This document shows, in pieces, positions 1 through 9,283 of a DNA stretch of 64,000 nucleotides. Location: the NCBI GenBank assembly GCA_021399345.1, contig JAAFKI010000059.1, forward strand, positions 1 to 64,000, in the 5' to 3' direction. The notes under the pieces are model-generated. The model made no database searches. It was not told the origin of the DNA and was given only the letters and a program-made list of their open reading frames with translations. The number at the start of each line of letters is the position of its first letter. Position 1 is the first letter of the stretch. The DNA is from Candidatus Heimdallarchaeota archaeon. GTDB lineage: Archaea; Asgardarchaeota; Heimdallarchaeia; Heimdallarchaeales; Heimdallarchaeaceae. The position numbers and the translations under genes were made by a program.

Positions 1-104
1 ATTCTTAATCCAATATTTGCTTTCAAATAAGGATTGAAAAACACAATAACACAATCTAATTAAAATTTGTGATTTATACCGCGCTAAATCTTAGCTTCGT
101 TCTC

Positions 105-491
105 CTAGATATCACCGAACAAAGAAAGCTTATTCTTCCCACGTAAAGAAATAACTACAATCCCCTTCTCCCGTAACCTCAAACGCAGCTCAGTATCGTT
201 TGTGGCAACAATTGCTTTTTTTTCTAATGCCAACCGTAATATTTCTTCATCAGCATGGCAATTAGTGTTTGATTCTATTTTTACAAACCCGTTAGCCAAT
301 TCTAATGCTAGTTTTGCCTTTTGCCTAATAGAAGGGCTTTCTTTTTCTGATAATCTCTCTAATTCATCCAAAACAATTTGTGGTACAACAATTTCAAAAC
401 TTGTTTGCACCAATCGTTCAATCTCATAAGATAAATTTATCTTTTTTTCAAGAGGAAGCATTAGCATGCTAGAATCTATAATAATTAACAT
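105..491 (-). CDS. PIN-domain protein (Utp24/Fcf1-like, archaeal)
   Basis: IIDSS...VVPQIVLDEL...HADEEIL...VATNDTELR PIN acidic motifs; conserved position directly downstream of eIF2gamma. Confidence 0.9.
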   Translation of the reverse strand: MLIIIDSSMLMLPLEKKINLSYEIERLVQTSFEIVVPQIVLDELERLSEKESPSIRQKAKLALELANGFVKIESNTNCHADEEILRLALEKKAIVATNDTELRLRLREKGIVVISLRGKNKLSLFGDI

Positions 492-497
492 GCGATT

Positions 498-1799
498 TCA
501 CGGCTTAAGTACTTCGCCAACCCCTATTAGACGGAATCTACCTGATATCCTTCTTGAGATAGCTACTTTGCTTTGTTCTCTTGCTGCTACTTCACGATTA
601 AGTTTTATGGAAGCTTCCTTCCCTTTAATTTCAGATATTACTCCTGCAGTTTTTGCAGTTCCAACATTTAACATCAAAGTCTCCCCTTGGGCTAATGGTT
701 GAACCTTTGTTATTTCTTCTGAGCCTACAACAAATTCCATTAACTGAAATTTCAATTTTAGTTCTGAAAGAATTTCAGGAGCATGACCTGGAGCAGTAAT
801 AATGTTGCCTGCCATTTTATCTGCCTTCACGAATGAGGGGTCTAATTCTGTTCCAATAGCAACAAGACCACCAGAATGGGCGCTTTCAACAAGACCCTGC
901 TCTCCTATTGCTATACTAGTAATTTTTGTCCTAATTGGGGTGTAAATTATTTTATTTGCCTTTTTGACAGGCAAACCAGGTACAATTTCAATTTCTTCAT
1001 TTACTTTGATTTGTCCTTTGATTATTGTTCCCCCAAGAGCTCCTCCCTTAATTTTATTGATTTTTGTTCCAGGTCTATTTATATCAAAAGATCTAGCAAC
1101 ATGCATTTCCAGAGGGCTGTCAATGTCTAAATCTGGTGTAGGAATATTTTTTTCAATTTCACAAATTAAAACATCTAGATTTGCTTTGTGCATTGCACTC
1201 ATAGGTATTATTGGGGCGTTTTCAGCAATAGTTCCTTTAATAAAGTCTTGAATTTCTTTATAATTTCTTTCGGCCTCTTCTTCACTAACAAGTTCAATTT
1301 TATTCTGAACAACGACTATATTTTGTATTTGAAGAATCTCCATCGCTGCAAGATGTTCTCTTGTTTGTGGTTGTGGGCATTTTGAGTTTGCAGCTATCAG
1401 AAGGATTGCCCCATTCATTAATGTTGCACCAGATAACAATGTTGCCATTAGAACCTCGTGTCCGGGACAATCAACAAAAGAAACTCTTCGCAAAAATTTA
1501 GAAGGTTTTCCACATTTTGGACATGTTTTTTCGACTGTATAAGCTTCAGGTTCAGGACACTTAGGGCACTTGCGAAATTCTGTATCAGCGTATCCTAATC
1601 TTATTGATATTCCTCTTTTAAGCTCCTCTGAGTGATCATCAGGGAATTTACCTGTTAAAGCTTGGACTAAAGTAGATTTACCATTGTCTACATGTCCAAT
1701 AGTCCCAATATTAACTACTGGTTGTCTGATGACTTTTTCTTCCTTTTTAGCTGCTGTGGGGGTGCTTTTTTGCTTTTCTGGGGAACTTTCTTCGCTCAT
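498..1799 (-). CDS. eif2g: Translation initiation factor 2 subunit gamma
   Basis: NIGTIGHVDNGKST, RGISIRLGYA, zinc knuckle, DCPGHE, PQPQTREH, QNKIEL, RSFDINRPG. Confidence 0.98.
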   Translation of the reverse strand: MSEESSPEKQKSTPTAAKKEEKVIRQPVVNIGTIGHVDNGKSTLVQALTGKFPDDHSEELKRGISIRLGYADTEFRKCPKCPEPEAYTVEKTCPKCGKPSKFLRRVSFVDCPGHEVLMATLLSGATLMNGAILLIAANSKCPQPQTREHLAAMEILQIQNIVVVQNKIELVSEEEAERNYKEIQDFIKGTIAENAPIIPMSAMHKANLDVLICEIEKNIPTPDLDIDSPLEMHVARSFDINRPGTKINKIKGGALGGTIIKGQIKVNEEIEIVPGLPVKKANKIIYTPIRTKITSIAIGEQGLVESAHSGGLVAIGTELDPSFVKADKMAGNIITAPGHAPEILSELKLKFQLMEFVVGSEEITKVQPLAQGETLMLNVGTAKTAGVISEIKGKEASIKLNREVAAREQSKVAISRRISGRFRLIGVGEVLKP

Positions 1800-2086
1800 T
1801 AATTTTTCCTCAATAGTTCTCTTAGTGCTTAAATGAAATTATTTTGCAGTTTTTAATGCTTATTTATTCAAGACTGATACCTAAGCAATACTAATACATC
1901 AAAAACTTTACGTTCAGCTAACTTTTATTCCAGTTAACTTTTTTTTCAGCCAACTTTGATAAAATCTAAATTTAGCTATTTTCCCCCCAGACTCTCTTTA
2001 ATTGTTTAGAAAAGATATTTAATATAACTATATTTAAAAGCAATAGATAAGAACGAGCACTGTAGAAGAAAGAGAGTGATGTTGTC

Positions 2087-2662
2087 TTGTATTACAGTGT
2101 TAAAGCAAAAGATACACTTAGAGTACCTCCAAACAGATTCGATGAAGATCTTTCTCAAGTTTTAGTAGAAATCGCAAGAGAAAGCTTCGAAGGTAAAATC
2201 GACCCTGATGTTGGTTTTATTGTTGCAGTTACAGAGATTAATAAAATATATCAAGGTAAATTGATTTCAGGAGATGGGGGAGCATATTATGAAACTGATT
2301 TCGGTTTATTATGCTATTTACCTGAAATTGGAGAAATCGTAACTGGAGAAGTTGTTGAATGTGTTGATTTTGGAGCATTTATAAGAATAGGAACAATTGA
2401 TGCTCTATGTCATGTTTCTCAAATTGCAGATGATTATTTCCGTTATATCCCAAAAAATGCTGTTTTAAGAGGGGATAAATCTAAACGTGATTTATTAGTT
2501 AATACAAAAGTTCGATCCAAAATAATCGCTGTAAGCATAGGTAAAACAGCAATTCGTGTTGGACTAACTATGCGTCAAGATTCTCTTGGAGCGATTGATT
2601 GGGTAGAAGAATGGAAAAGAGATTTGAAGAAGCCTAAAAAGAAAGATGAGGAGGCTGCATAA
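2087..2662 (+). CDS. rpo7: RNA polymerase subunit Rpo7 (E')
   Basis: LRVPP, GDGGAYY, S1 domain FGAFIRIG..DALCHVSQI, GLTMRQ; TTG start. Confidence 0.95.
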   Translation: MYYSVKAKDTLRVPPNRFDEDLSQVLVEIARESFEGKIDPDVGFIVAVTEINKIYQGKLISGDGGAYYETDFGLLCYLPEIGEIVTGEVVECVDFGAFIRIGTIDALCHVSQIADDYFRYIPKNAVLRGDKSKRDLLVNTKVRSKIIAVSIGKTAIRVGLTMRQDSLGAIDWVEEWKRDLKKPKKKDEEAA

Positions 2663-2663
2663 T

Positions 2664-2852
2664 ATGTCTAAAGCTTGTCGAGTATGTCACCATATTGTAG
2701 AGAAAACAGCCAATATCTGTCCAAGTTGTAAAACACAAGATCTCTCTTCTGAATACACTGGAGAAATTTTTATTTTAAACCCTGAAGACAGTGAAGTATC
2801 TCAAAGAATGAAAATTAGTAAGAAAGGACACTATGCACTAAGAGTTCGGTGA
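2664..2852 (+). CDS. spt4: Transcription elongation factor Spt4 (RpoE'')
   Basis: KACRVC..CPSC zinc ribbon, C-terminal GHYALRVR; GAGGAGG SD precedes ATG 2664. Confidence 0.95.
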   Translation: MSKACRVCHHIVEKTANICPSCKTQDLSSEYTGEIFILNPEDSEVSQRMKISKKGHYALRVR

Positions 2853-3409
2853 AACTAGTGGATTTTTTCAATAAAGGCTATTACATCTTACCTGAAGATG
2901 AGAGAAATTACTTTAAAGAGCCCTTAGGTATTGTGCTGAGCACAGATGAGGAAATTGAGGATATCGTTCACGTTCTAAAAACAAGTCAAGAAGATTGTAA
3001 GATCGTTACAGTTGGAGATGTAAGTACTCAAACCCTTTTGAACAAAGGGCTTGTTCCTAATATTGCAATTATTGATGAACGTGTTCAAAGAAATAGATCT
3101 GATATGGTCGATATGTCCAAATTCACCGTGGTAGAAGCAAAAAATCCTGCAGGAACTATTACTTTAGAAGCATGGGATATGATTCAAAAAGTTCTAAAAA
3201 AGGATGATATCAAAATCATTATAAAAATAAGTGGTGAAGAGGATTTACTGGTGCTTCCAGCTATATATGAAACGCCTTATAATTCAAAAGTCTTATATGG
3301 ACAACCAAATGAAGGGCTAGTAATAGTCACAGTCACAGAAGAAGTTAAGAAAAAAGTGAAGAGTTTAATTCAGAAAATGGTGAAAATCAATGAAAATCAA
3401 AATCGTTAA
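2849..3409 (+). CDS. GTP-dependent dephospho-CoA kinase (DUF359)
   Basis: KEPLG, TVGD, NPAGTIT, GEEDLLVLP, YGQPNEG; conserved context. Confidence 0.93.
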   Translation: MKLVDFFNKGYYILPEDERNYFKEPLGIVLSTDEEIEDIVHVLKTSQEDCKIVTVGDVSTQTLLNKGLVPNIAIIDERVQRNRSDMVDMSKFTVVEAKNPAGTITLEAWDMIQKVLKKDDIKIIIKISGEEDLLVLPAIYETPYNSKVLYGQPNEGLVIVTVTEEVKKKVKSLIQKMVKINENQNR

Positions 3410-3686
3410 GAAGACAGAAAATAAACTACTCGATAGGGTAGAACTTGATGTGGAGATAGAGCATCAAGGAGATCCTGTTCCTACAAGAGATGCTGTTCTT
3501 GGGAGAGTTGCAGCTGAGGTTAATAAAGAGAAAAACCAAGTTGTTCTTATTAAAATGCAAGCAAAATATGGAATTGGTATCAGTCACGCTATAATTCATG
3601 CTTATGATTCTCAAGAACGTGCCATTGCAGTTGAAAGAGAATATTTACTAAAAAGATCTGGAATTAGAGAAGAAAAAAAAGAATAG
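3390..3686 (+). CDS. rps24e: 30S ribosomal protein S24e
   Basis: ENKLLDRVE, HQGDPVPTR, AHAYDS-like motif; context. Confidence 0.95.
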   Translation: MKIKIVKKTENKLLDRVELDVEIEHQGDPVPTRDAVLGRVAAEVNKEKNQVVLIKMQAKYGIGISHAIIHAYDSQERAIAVEREYLLKRSGIREEKKE

Positions 3687-3695
3687 GTGCAAACT

Positions 3696-3863
3696 ATGAG
3701 CGAAATACACAAAAGGTACAAAGCTGAAGGAGACAAGATAGTTAGAACAAAAAAGATTTGCGAACGTTGTGGGGATGCAGTATATATGGCTGAACATCCA
3801 GATCGTCAAACTTGTGGAAAATGTGGTTTCACCCAGTATAAACGTGGTCGTAAAACCTCTTAA
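3696..3863 (+). CDS. rps27ae: 30S ribosomal protein S27ae (55 aa, missing from ORF track; no ubiquitin fusion)
   Basis: Manual translation MSEIHKRYKAEGDKIVRTKKICERCGDAVYMAEHPDRQTCGKCGFTQYKRGRKTS; CxxC..MAEH.DR..CGKC; AGGTG SD. Confidence 0.97.
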   Translation: MSEIHKRYKAEGDKIVRTKKICERCGDAVYMAEHPDRQTCGKCGFTQYKRGRKTS

Positions 3864-3920
3864 CAAAATTTTAAACTCTTACAGAAAAATTTATACTTCA
3901 TTCCCTTCTTAATATAATTA

Positions 3921-3988
3921 GGCGAATGACTGATTGAGACGGCTTAGATGTGCTCTTCACACACATGATAGAAAGATCAAAGGACGCC
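3921..3988 (+). ncRNA. Candidate double-kink-turn (box C/D-like) sRNA
   Basis: GGCG/CGCC stem + AAT bulge + tandem GA/GA; second k-turn TGTG/CACA + CAT bulge + GA/GA; TTTATACT box ~25-30 nt upstream; T-rich tract downstream. Confidence 0.55.
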
Positions 3989-4102
3989 ATCATCAATATT
4001 TTTTTTACATTTCTTTCTTAAGGCATCAATACCTAGATAAAAAAGATTTAAAACAGAATGAAGAATATTTTAACGTCAAATACATTCAATAGGGCAAAAC
4101 AT

Positions 4103-4582
4103 ATGAAATCTTTTGAAGCAAAAATCCCAGAAAAACTATATAAATATATTGAGAAACTCGTTAATGAGGAGAATTTTGAATCTATTGATTCATTTGTTAA
4201 TCATGCTATTCATTGGATAGCTGAATTATACGGTTTTGGTGAACAATCTGAAGGGAAGAGTTTGAAAGACTTAATTGCTGATGTTATGCATTCTAAGCCT
4301 AAGCCTAGAACTGGAGTCAAGGAAACACCAAAAGTAAAGGTTGCAGTTAAGGAACCTGATATTCCAAATAAGGACATAATTCTTGAATCCTATGGTTCCT
4401 CTAAATTCATGTTTGAAGATGCAATATTTGCTGCTTGTCAATTTTCTGCATTGAAGCAAGGAACGCCTCCAATTTCTAAGGAAGAATTTATCAAATCCTT
4501 AGAACAGATGACAGATGCTGGAATTCTTACTCAGATTCAACAGGGCGATAAAACAATGTGGAAGAGAATAGTAGAGAATTGA
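4103..4582 (+). CDS. Ribbon-helix-helix domain protein with C-terminal winged-helix-like domain
   Basis: FEAKIPEKLYKYIEKLV...FESIDSFVNHAI matches RHH/CopG pattern; likely start ATG 4103. Confidence 0.6.
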   Translation: MKSFEAKIPEKLYKYIEKLVNEENFESIDSFVNHAIHWIAELYGFGEQSEGKSLKDLIADVMHSKPKPRTGVKETPKVKVAVKEPDIPNKDIILESYGSSKFMFEDAIFAACQFSALKQGTPPISKEEFIKSLEQMTDAGILTQIQQGDKTMWKRIVEN

Positions 4583-4612
4583 TTTTCTTAGATTTCTCTT
4601 ACTTACTGAAAT

Positions 4613-5290
4613 TTACAAAACTGCTTTTGCCATTTCTATTAGTACTTCTTTTGGGTCTTTAGCCTTCACAAAACCTGAAGCTAAAAGAACTCCTTTTGCT
4701 CCTAATTGCAAAGCTTCAAAAACATCTTTATTGGTCGAAACTCCAGCTCCCACTAAGGGTTGAATGTTTGAATTAATGTCAGAAATAGCTTTGATAGTGT
4801 CTTTAACCAAACTTGGTTGCGTAGTAACTGATACTCCGCTACCAATTAGTTCAGGTGGTTCCATGGCACACGCTACTGGATTAAGAGCGGCTATTGCTTT
4901 GCTTGTTTGGAGATTATTAGAACACACACAAGTGAAGAAATCTAGAGTATTTGCTTTATCAACTATTCTTTCAATATCAGCTAACTTTAATCTGTGTTCA
5001 GAATGGTTAACAAGAGAACCAATTGCTCCTGTTTCTATTACGGCTTGAATAAGATTATTTCCTGTATAACTCCCAGAATCATTTGCATCTACATGCTGTG
5101 CTAAAACTGGAATATCAACCTCTTCTGCGATTTTCCTTAAGTCAACGGTTTGAGGACAAACTGCAATTGACACACTTAACTCTCTAGCAACCTCTTCTGC
5201 AATCTTGGAAAGATGTAATCCCTTCTTCCCAATCGTTTGATCATAATTCTTAAAATTTAGTATAATAACGGGATAAGTTATCTTAATCAT
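4613..5290 (-). CDS. tpiA: Triosephosphate isomerase (archaeal type)
   Basis: LNFKNY, AQHVD, NHSEHR, EPPELIGSG, GAGV, GVLLASG; likely start ATG 5290. Confidence 0.97.
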   Translation of the reverse strand: MIKITYPVIILNFKNYDQTIGKKGLHLSKIAEEVARELSVSIAVCPQTVDLRKIAEEVDIPVLAQHVDANDSGSYTGNNLIQAVIETGAIGSLVNHSEHRLKLADIERIVDKANTLDFFTCVCSNNLQTSKAIAALNPVACAMEPPELIGSGVSVTTQPSLVKDTIKAISDINSNIQPLVGAGVSTNKDVFEALQLGAKGVLLASGFVKAKDPKEVLIEMAKAVL

Positions 5291-5397
5291 GTGGTTAATT
5301 TTTACGTCATGTTTAAAAAGTTTGCTTGGTAAAAATATTAACACTACATATAAATATATTAAACAACAAATAGACATTAAGAGATGTCGTAAAATAC

Positions 5398-5922
5398 TTG
5401 GTGATATGCTTGTATGGTGCTGACCAAATAAATACAATACTTCATGAAATTATAACAAGTGATGCTAATATCAATCATGTAATATTAGCTGATAAGACAG
5501 GATTAACACTGGCTTACTCTTCAAGATTCGCTTTTGATGAATTTGAAACAGAAGCTCTTGGAGCTATAGCAAGCGCAGTTTACTTAGCTAGTGAACAGCA
5601 AGGTACAAATGTTGGATTAGCTGTGCTAGATATAATTATTTCTGAATTTACAGATGGTTTAATTTTAGTGGCAAGTTGTGGAAGTACTGTTGTGTGCTTA
5701 ATTACAGATGCTGGTGTAGCTCTTGGAATGGTTAGAAGAACCATGAAAATAGCAGCGGAAAAAATCAGAAATATATTGGACGTTGAAGCAAAACCTGTCC
5801 CAGCTCCGGAAGTTAAACCTGCAGTAGCTGCCCAACCGGTTGTTGTTGAAGAAGAGAAGAAGGTTCAAGATGAATTTATATCAGATTTAGAACTTGCATT
5901 ACGGGAGCTAGAACAATTTTAG
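5398..5922 (+). CDS. Roadblock/LC7 (MglB-like) domain protein with Pro/Ala linker and C-terminal helix
   Basis: VILADKTGLTLA...ALGAIASA...LGMVR roadblock pattern. Confidence 0.85.
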   Translation: MVICLYGADQINTILHEIITSDANINHVILADKTGLTLAYSSRFAFDEFETEALGAIASAVYLASEQQGTNVGLAVLDIIISEFTDGLILVASCGSTVVCLITDAGVALGMVRRTMKIAAEKIRNILDVEAKPVPAPEVKPAVAAQPVVVEEEKKVQDEFISDLELALRELEQF

Positions 5923-5944
5923 CTAATTATTTGAGGAATGTTTA

Positions 5945-6775
5945 ATGGATATGAACTCACCATCTGGAGGGACAGAACGTATAGGAAAGTCAAACCCCTC
6001 AAAGGATGCAAGAGGCGATTTAGTTCAAACTGGTATTAGATCACTTGATCAAAAATTGGGGATGGAGATGTCCTCAAGAAAAGGGTTACCTCAAGGATCT
6101 CTTATACTGGTAAGTTATCCTTCAGAAACAGTTATACCAACATTATTTATACAAAGGATTCTTCTGAATTGGGCTCAAAACTCTGACAATGTAATTTTCT
6201 ATGTTCATAGTAGTCGTCCGTATTCTCATATTCTGAATTCATTCAACGCTTATGAGTGGGATGTGAAACCTTTCGAAGGAAAGAACTGGTATTTTGAAAA
6301 TATGTTTGATCTTTCAAGTTCTTCAATGGCTTCTTCTCTAAAACTAGGAAAGATTGAAGTAAAAAGAAAAACATATGTTAAGAAAATTATTGATAGAATG
6401 CTTCATGTAAAAGAAAATCAGAATAAACAATGTTTTAGTATTTTTGATGATTTATTGTGGATGAAAGAAGATAGATTGGATGAAGATTCAAATGCTCTAA
6501 TTACATTTCTAAAAGGAACAATAATGTCCTTAACAAAAATAGGTGGTGTGCATTTCTTTCTATTACCTCAAGATATACTAGATTCTGTAGCTGAAAGAAT
6601 AATCATGAATGCTGCTCAAGGGATATTTTATTTTTCAAGGAGCACTGTCGGAAGCAGAATAAAAGATACTTTTGCAATTACAAAATTAATGGGAGTGGCC
6701 TATGTAAGTGAAAACTTTGATCTTACACCCTCTGAATCCGAAGGCTTCAAGATTGAATCAACAGCAAAAATATAG
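5945..6775 (+). CDS. RecA/KaiC-superfamily ATPase-like protein with degenerate Walker A
   Basis: QTGIRSLDQKLG...GLPQGSLILV; P-loop replaced by YPSETVIPT; Walker B-like IFDDL; C-terminal ITKLMG. Confidence 0.75.
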   Translation: MDMNSPSGGTERIGKSNPSKDARGDLVQTGIRSLDQKLGMEMSSRKGLPQGSLILVSYPSETVIPTLFIQRILLNWAQNSDNVIFYVHSSRPYSHILNSFNAYEWDVKPFEGKNWYFENMFDLSSSSMASSLKLGKIEVKRKTYVKKIIDRMLHVKENQNKQCFSIFDDLLWMKEDRLDEDSNALITFLKGTIMSLTKIGGVHFFLLPQDILDSVAERIIMNAAQGIFYFSRSTVGSRIKDTFAITKLMGVAYVSENFDLTPSESEGFKIESTAKI

Positions 6776-7582
6776 ATGATTTCGATGGAAAACCTTTATG
6801 AGAAAAAATCTGAGGATGATGATGAATTTCAAGAAATCGCTACAGAAATATCTAAGCTTTCTGAAGAAGTTGAAGAATTAAAGGAAAATCTCAAATCTCC
6901 AAGAAAAAAAGAAGCTAAAGCAGAAAAATCCAAGAAAAAAAATCAATCTTCAACTCTAGAACTAGATCCAGCAATACAGTATGTAAGTGAGCTTCTGGAA
7001 AACTCTTCAGATGTAGTAATAGCAGAAATGAAATCAGAATTCTTTCGATTGTTTAATTTCTTATCAAGCATGTTCTCAGTATCTCCCTATCAACAAGATC
7101 GAAGGATGATTCAAAGAAAAAATAGCGATGCTTCTGAAAGTAGCGAGAATATGGACGCTGGTTTTCTAGAGGAATTTCAAAAAGAAAAGGATATGCTAAA
7201 TCTACTTCTAGAAGAAAGAGAATCGTTAATTTACGAGTTATCAGATCAAGTTGTTGCGATTGAGTCAGAAAAAAAGAGATTAGAAGATGAGATGGAGAAA
7301 ATCAAAGAAGACATGGAGAAATGGATGAAACAAAAAAATATTCTAGAAAGAATAGTAACAACTGATCCAAGATTTAACGTCATAAATCTTCTTAGAAGGA
7401 TGGGCGTAATTGCTCCAATTCAGTTGTCTTTTGTACTTGGGGTTTCTCTTTCACAAACAAAGAAGTATATTTCAGAGCTAGAACAAATGAAAATATTGAA
7501 TGTAAATGAAGATGGAACAGTTTCTCTTCATGCTGAATTTGATGAGGATACAATGAATATACGAATCAACAATAATCAGTAA
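6776..7582 (+). CDS. Coiled-coil protein with C-terminal winged HTH
   Basis: Heptad E/K-rich segments; DPRFNVINLL...QLSFVLGVSLSQTKKYISELEQMKIL. Confidence 0.65.
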   Translation: MISMENLYEKKSEDDDEFQEIATEISKLSEEVEELKENLKSPRKKEAKAEKSKKKNQSSTLELDPAIQYVSELLENSSDVVIAEMKSEFFRLFNFLSSMFSVSPYQQDRRMIQRKNSDASESSENMDAGFLEEFQKEKDMLNLLLEERESLIYELSDQVVAIESEKKRLEDEMEKIKEDMEKWMKQKNILERIVTTDPRFNVINLLRRMGVIAPIQLSFVLGVSLSQTKKYISELEQMKILNVNEDGTVSLHAEFDEDTMNIRINNNQ

Positions 7583-7610
7583 AAAACAGAAGAAAAGGAA
7601 AAGAAATTAC

Positions 7611-8180
7611 TTATTGCTGAGCATATAATTTTTCGTAAAACAAAACAATATTTTTTAACAAGGTCTTAAATGCTTCATCAACATTTTCACCAGTTTTGGC
7701 AGAGGTTTCGATATAAGGAACAGTAAAACCTGACCAAGCTGAAAGACTGCGAGCATATTCTTCAGATTGTTCTCGCATAATTGGATCCTTAGCCGTAGCT
7801 CGAAGATCGCTTTTATTGCCTATGAGAACTATTGGTACAACTCTATTACTATTGTTCTTTAGAAGCTCTGCTATCCAAGATGGAATATTTTCAAAACTTG
7901 AACGTCGAGAAATATCAAAAACTAATAAGCATCCAGATGTTCCGCGATAGTAAACCTCACGAACAGCTGAGAATCTCTGTTGTCCTGCGAGATCCCAAAT
8001 CTGAGCAACAAAATCTTGGTCATCTATTCTTAATCGTTTAACAGCGAAGTCAGCCCCAATTGTCATGGAGTAGCCATCTTTAAAACCCTCACCTAGATAG
8101 GTTTTTCGAAGACTTGTCTTGCCAACTGCTCCGTCTCCAAGTAGTGTGATTTTGAAGATTTTCCGTTGTCCTGCGCCCAT
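7611..8180 (-). CDS. Rab-like small GTPase
   Basis: GDGAVGKT, TIGADF, WDLAGQQRF, YYRGT, LVFDIS, NKSD, ETSAK; no C-terminal Cys motif. Confidence 0.95.
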   Translation of the reverse strand: MGAGQRKIFKITLLGDGAVGKTSLRKTYLGEGFKDGYSMTIGADFAVKRLRIDDQDFVAQIWDLAGQQRFSAVREVYYRGTSGCLLVFDISRRSSFENIPSWIAELLKNNSNRVVPIVLIGNKSDLRATAKDPIMREQSEEYARSLSAWSGFTVPYIETSAKTGENVDEAFKTLLKNIVLFYEKLYAQQ

Positions 8181-8510
8181 TCTATATTCCCCTTTATACA
8201 ATTAATTTATAGTCTTGGATACTATTTAAACTATTTGATATTTCTTTGCGTATATGTTTCTTGGATATATCTAACACTATTTACAGCAATTTATGGCTTA
8301 GGTAAGAAAAAGAAAAAATAGTGCTATCTTTACTATTTTGGGAGTGAAAATACATCAATTCATGAATCTACTTGAGAGAACCTTATGAGATGATTGATGC
8401 TATTTTTATTTTCTTTTTTTAAAGTGTCAATTATTTTAAGAATTATATTAGTGATTTTTAGTTTCTGTCTTTTAAAAACATATAAATTACATATCTCTTC
8501 TTCTTCTTTG

Positions 8511-9161
8511 ATGAGCACTTCATTAAAGAAGAGAACTATATTGCTTTTAGGAAAACTAGAGGAATGCTATCCTACATTCAAAGGTGGATTAACTAATTAT
8601 ACTACTCCTTATCAGCTGTTAGTTGCTACTATTCTAAGTGCGCAGAGTACAGACAAACAAGTTAATTCTGTAACTAAGGAGTTATTTTTCACTTTTCCAG
8701 ACCCCCAAGCTTTTGCAAGTGCCTCTATTATAGAAATTGAACAAGCCATTTCTAAAGTTGGATTATATAAGAACAAAGCAAAATTCATTCATGAAATGTC
8801 AAAAGAATTGATCAAAGAACATGATTCTGAAATTCCAACATCCTTGCAGGAATTAACCAAATTAACTGGTGTAGGAAGGAAAACGGCTAATGTTCTTCTA
8901 AATGATTGGTTTGAAATTCATGAGGGAATTGCTGTTGATACCCACGTAAAACGCATATCCTTCAGATTGGGTCTGACAAATAATATTGGTCCTATCAAAA
9001 TAGAAAAGGATTTGATGGAAATAATTCCACAGGAGAAATGGGGGAAAATTACTCATTTACTTATCTCACATGGCAGAGCTATCTGCAAGGCACAAAAGCC
9101 CCAATGTATCGAATGTTTTTTGCAATCTTATTGTCCTAAAAATGGTGTGGAAATTGATTAA
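8511..9161 (+). CDS. nth: Endonuclease III
   Basis: LLVATILSAQSTD, HhH LTGVGRKTAN, VDTHV, C-terminal Fe-S C-x6-C-x2-C-x5-C; likely start ATG 8511. Confidence 0.96.
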   Translation: MSTSLKKRTILLLGKLEECYPTFKGGLTNYTTPYQLLVATILSAQSTDKQVNSVTKELFFTFPDPQAFASASIIEIEQAISKVGLYKNKAKFIHEMSKELIKEHDSEIPTSLQELTKLTGVGRKTANVLLNDWFEIHEGIAVDTHVKRISFRLGLTNNIGPIKIEKDLMEIIPQEKWGKITHLLISHGRAICKAQKPQCIECFLQSYCPKNGVEID

Positions 9162-9283
9162 GCGATAAAAACGAGGTTGCCTTTTGTATATTCTTTTTAA
9201 GCAAGATAAATTATTTTTTTACTGCAATAAAATTTATGTAGTAAACTAAATCTAATTAGTATAATTAAAAAAAGGCTGATAAT

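Noticed and set aside
3921-3988. SECIS element
   Set aside because: An AUGA/GA core is present, but no neighbouring gene has an in-frame UGA; two opposed k-turns fit a C/D-like RNA better
8261-8274. TTGGATATATCTAA near-palindrome as a Thermococcales-type dif site
   Set aside because: The arms have no spacer; more likely an operator or chance
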